Below are positions 63,154-64,000 of a stretch of 64,000 nt of DNA, one piece after another. The stretch is from Strigamia acuminata (lineage: Eukaryota), in NCBI GenBank assembly GCA_949358305.1, contig OX442314.1, positions 14,074,001-14,138,000 on the forward strand. Reading direction: 5' to 3'. A program made the position numbers and the translations under genes. Each line of letters starts with the position of its first letter. The first letter of the stretch is position 1. Under the pieces are notes generated by a model that was given only the letters and a program-made list of their open reading frames with translations, was not told the DNA's origin and made no database searches.

Positions 63154-63664
63154 GCGGACAAAAATCTTTATTTTCAATTCAATTTTTTTTTTTAATAAAC
63201 AAACAAATAAATAAAAACTGTGTAAATTAATTTCAAACTTTAATTTCATCATTGGAGTCGCAAACAAGCAGAATCAAACCTATTTTTCTACTTTTTCTTT
63301 CGACAAATGAAAAAACATCGGATTCGATTAAATTCGTGTGAAAATGCTTTTATTTCTCATTATTATAAAATTAAACTACTGTAAAATATTCTAAAAACAG
63401 TGCTGCCACAAGGCAGATGTAATTTACAAAATAATGTACAAAAATATTTTTTTTCCATTGACATTTACATTTTTCTAAATAAATAAAGAGCACCACTAAT
63501 AATAAAATTAAAAATGTTCTATAGCTGCTAAATAAACTAAGTTTGTTTAGATCGACAATATCAAAAATATAATGTGTTGTTTTTTCTTTTTGATATTGCT
63601 AATAAACGTTGTGATACGATGCTGTGAATATTACAGGATAATACTTGTTTTTGTTTTTTTTATA

Positions 63665-63738
63665 CGGATGGGATTCGTAGGATTCGGATAGATTCTGGGG
63701 ATTCGGATGGGATTCGGAGGGGATTCGATGGGACTTGG
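63665..63738. repeat. GGGATTCGGA-type ~10 bp tandem repeat
   Basis: About 6 GATTC units are visible, similar in style to 57047-57325. Confidence 0.7.
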
Positions 63739-64000
63739 AAAGATGCATATTATCATCACATCATTATCTTTAAAACTGAATAATAAATATGAAATTTACC
63801 GGCAGTTTTGATCAAGTTATGTAATAAAACACTCCAAAATTCAGAAAATAACACGAAAGCAAAACCTAATTCCAGCCAATAGTAAACAATATTAAAAATA
63901 CAAAAAATAAACCAAAGATATTGCTAAATTTTAATAACTGTTATGCTGGGGCATCACGTTGAAATAAAGGAGAGGTTTTTAAAGTGGAAAACAAAACACA

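Overview
This is AT-rich, gene-dense eukaryotic DNA with mostly ~55-75 bp GT-AG introns. It is from an invertebrate, probably an arthropod; that assignment is an inference and the species cannot be determined here. In order, the window holds: three tandem SLC46/PCFT-like transporters, with a decayed LINE interrupted by an intact, very young Ty3/gypsy LTR retrotransposon (544-bp LTRs that look identical, ATAT TSD, -1 frameshift site) between copies B and C; ABHD12; BRF1 carrying an antisense BTBD3/6 gene in an intron; a SERTA-domain gene; GFM2; aftiphilin; PSMA3; a 69-aa SPT small subunit gene missed by the ORF track; a ninein-like gene with an antisense XK-family gene filling one intron; a TRAF gene; two SCCPDH duplicates separated by a TE nest that includes a 9-bp-TSD element carrying a palindromic 70-bp array; a truncated third SCCPDH; and an orphan last exon of ICMT. 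The most interesting signals are (1) stop-containing alternative exons in ninein that resemble the mammalian neuronal centrosome-release switch, (2) gene neighbourhoods matching human 14q/2p/20p, including the BTBD-in-BRF1 nesting, (3) the very tight XK-in-ninein nesting, and (4) the regulatory architecture of the gypsy element. All calls come from reading the sequence by eye; no searches or folding programs were run.
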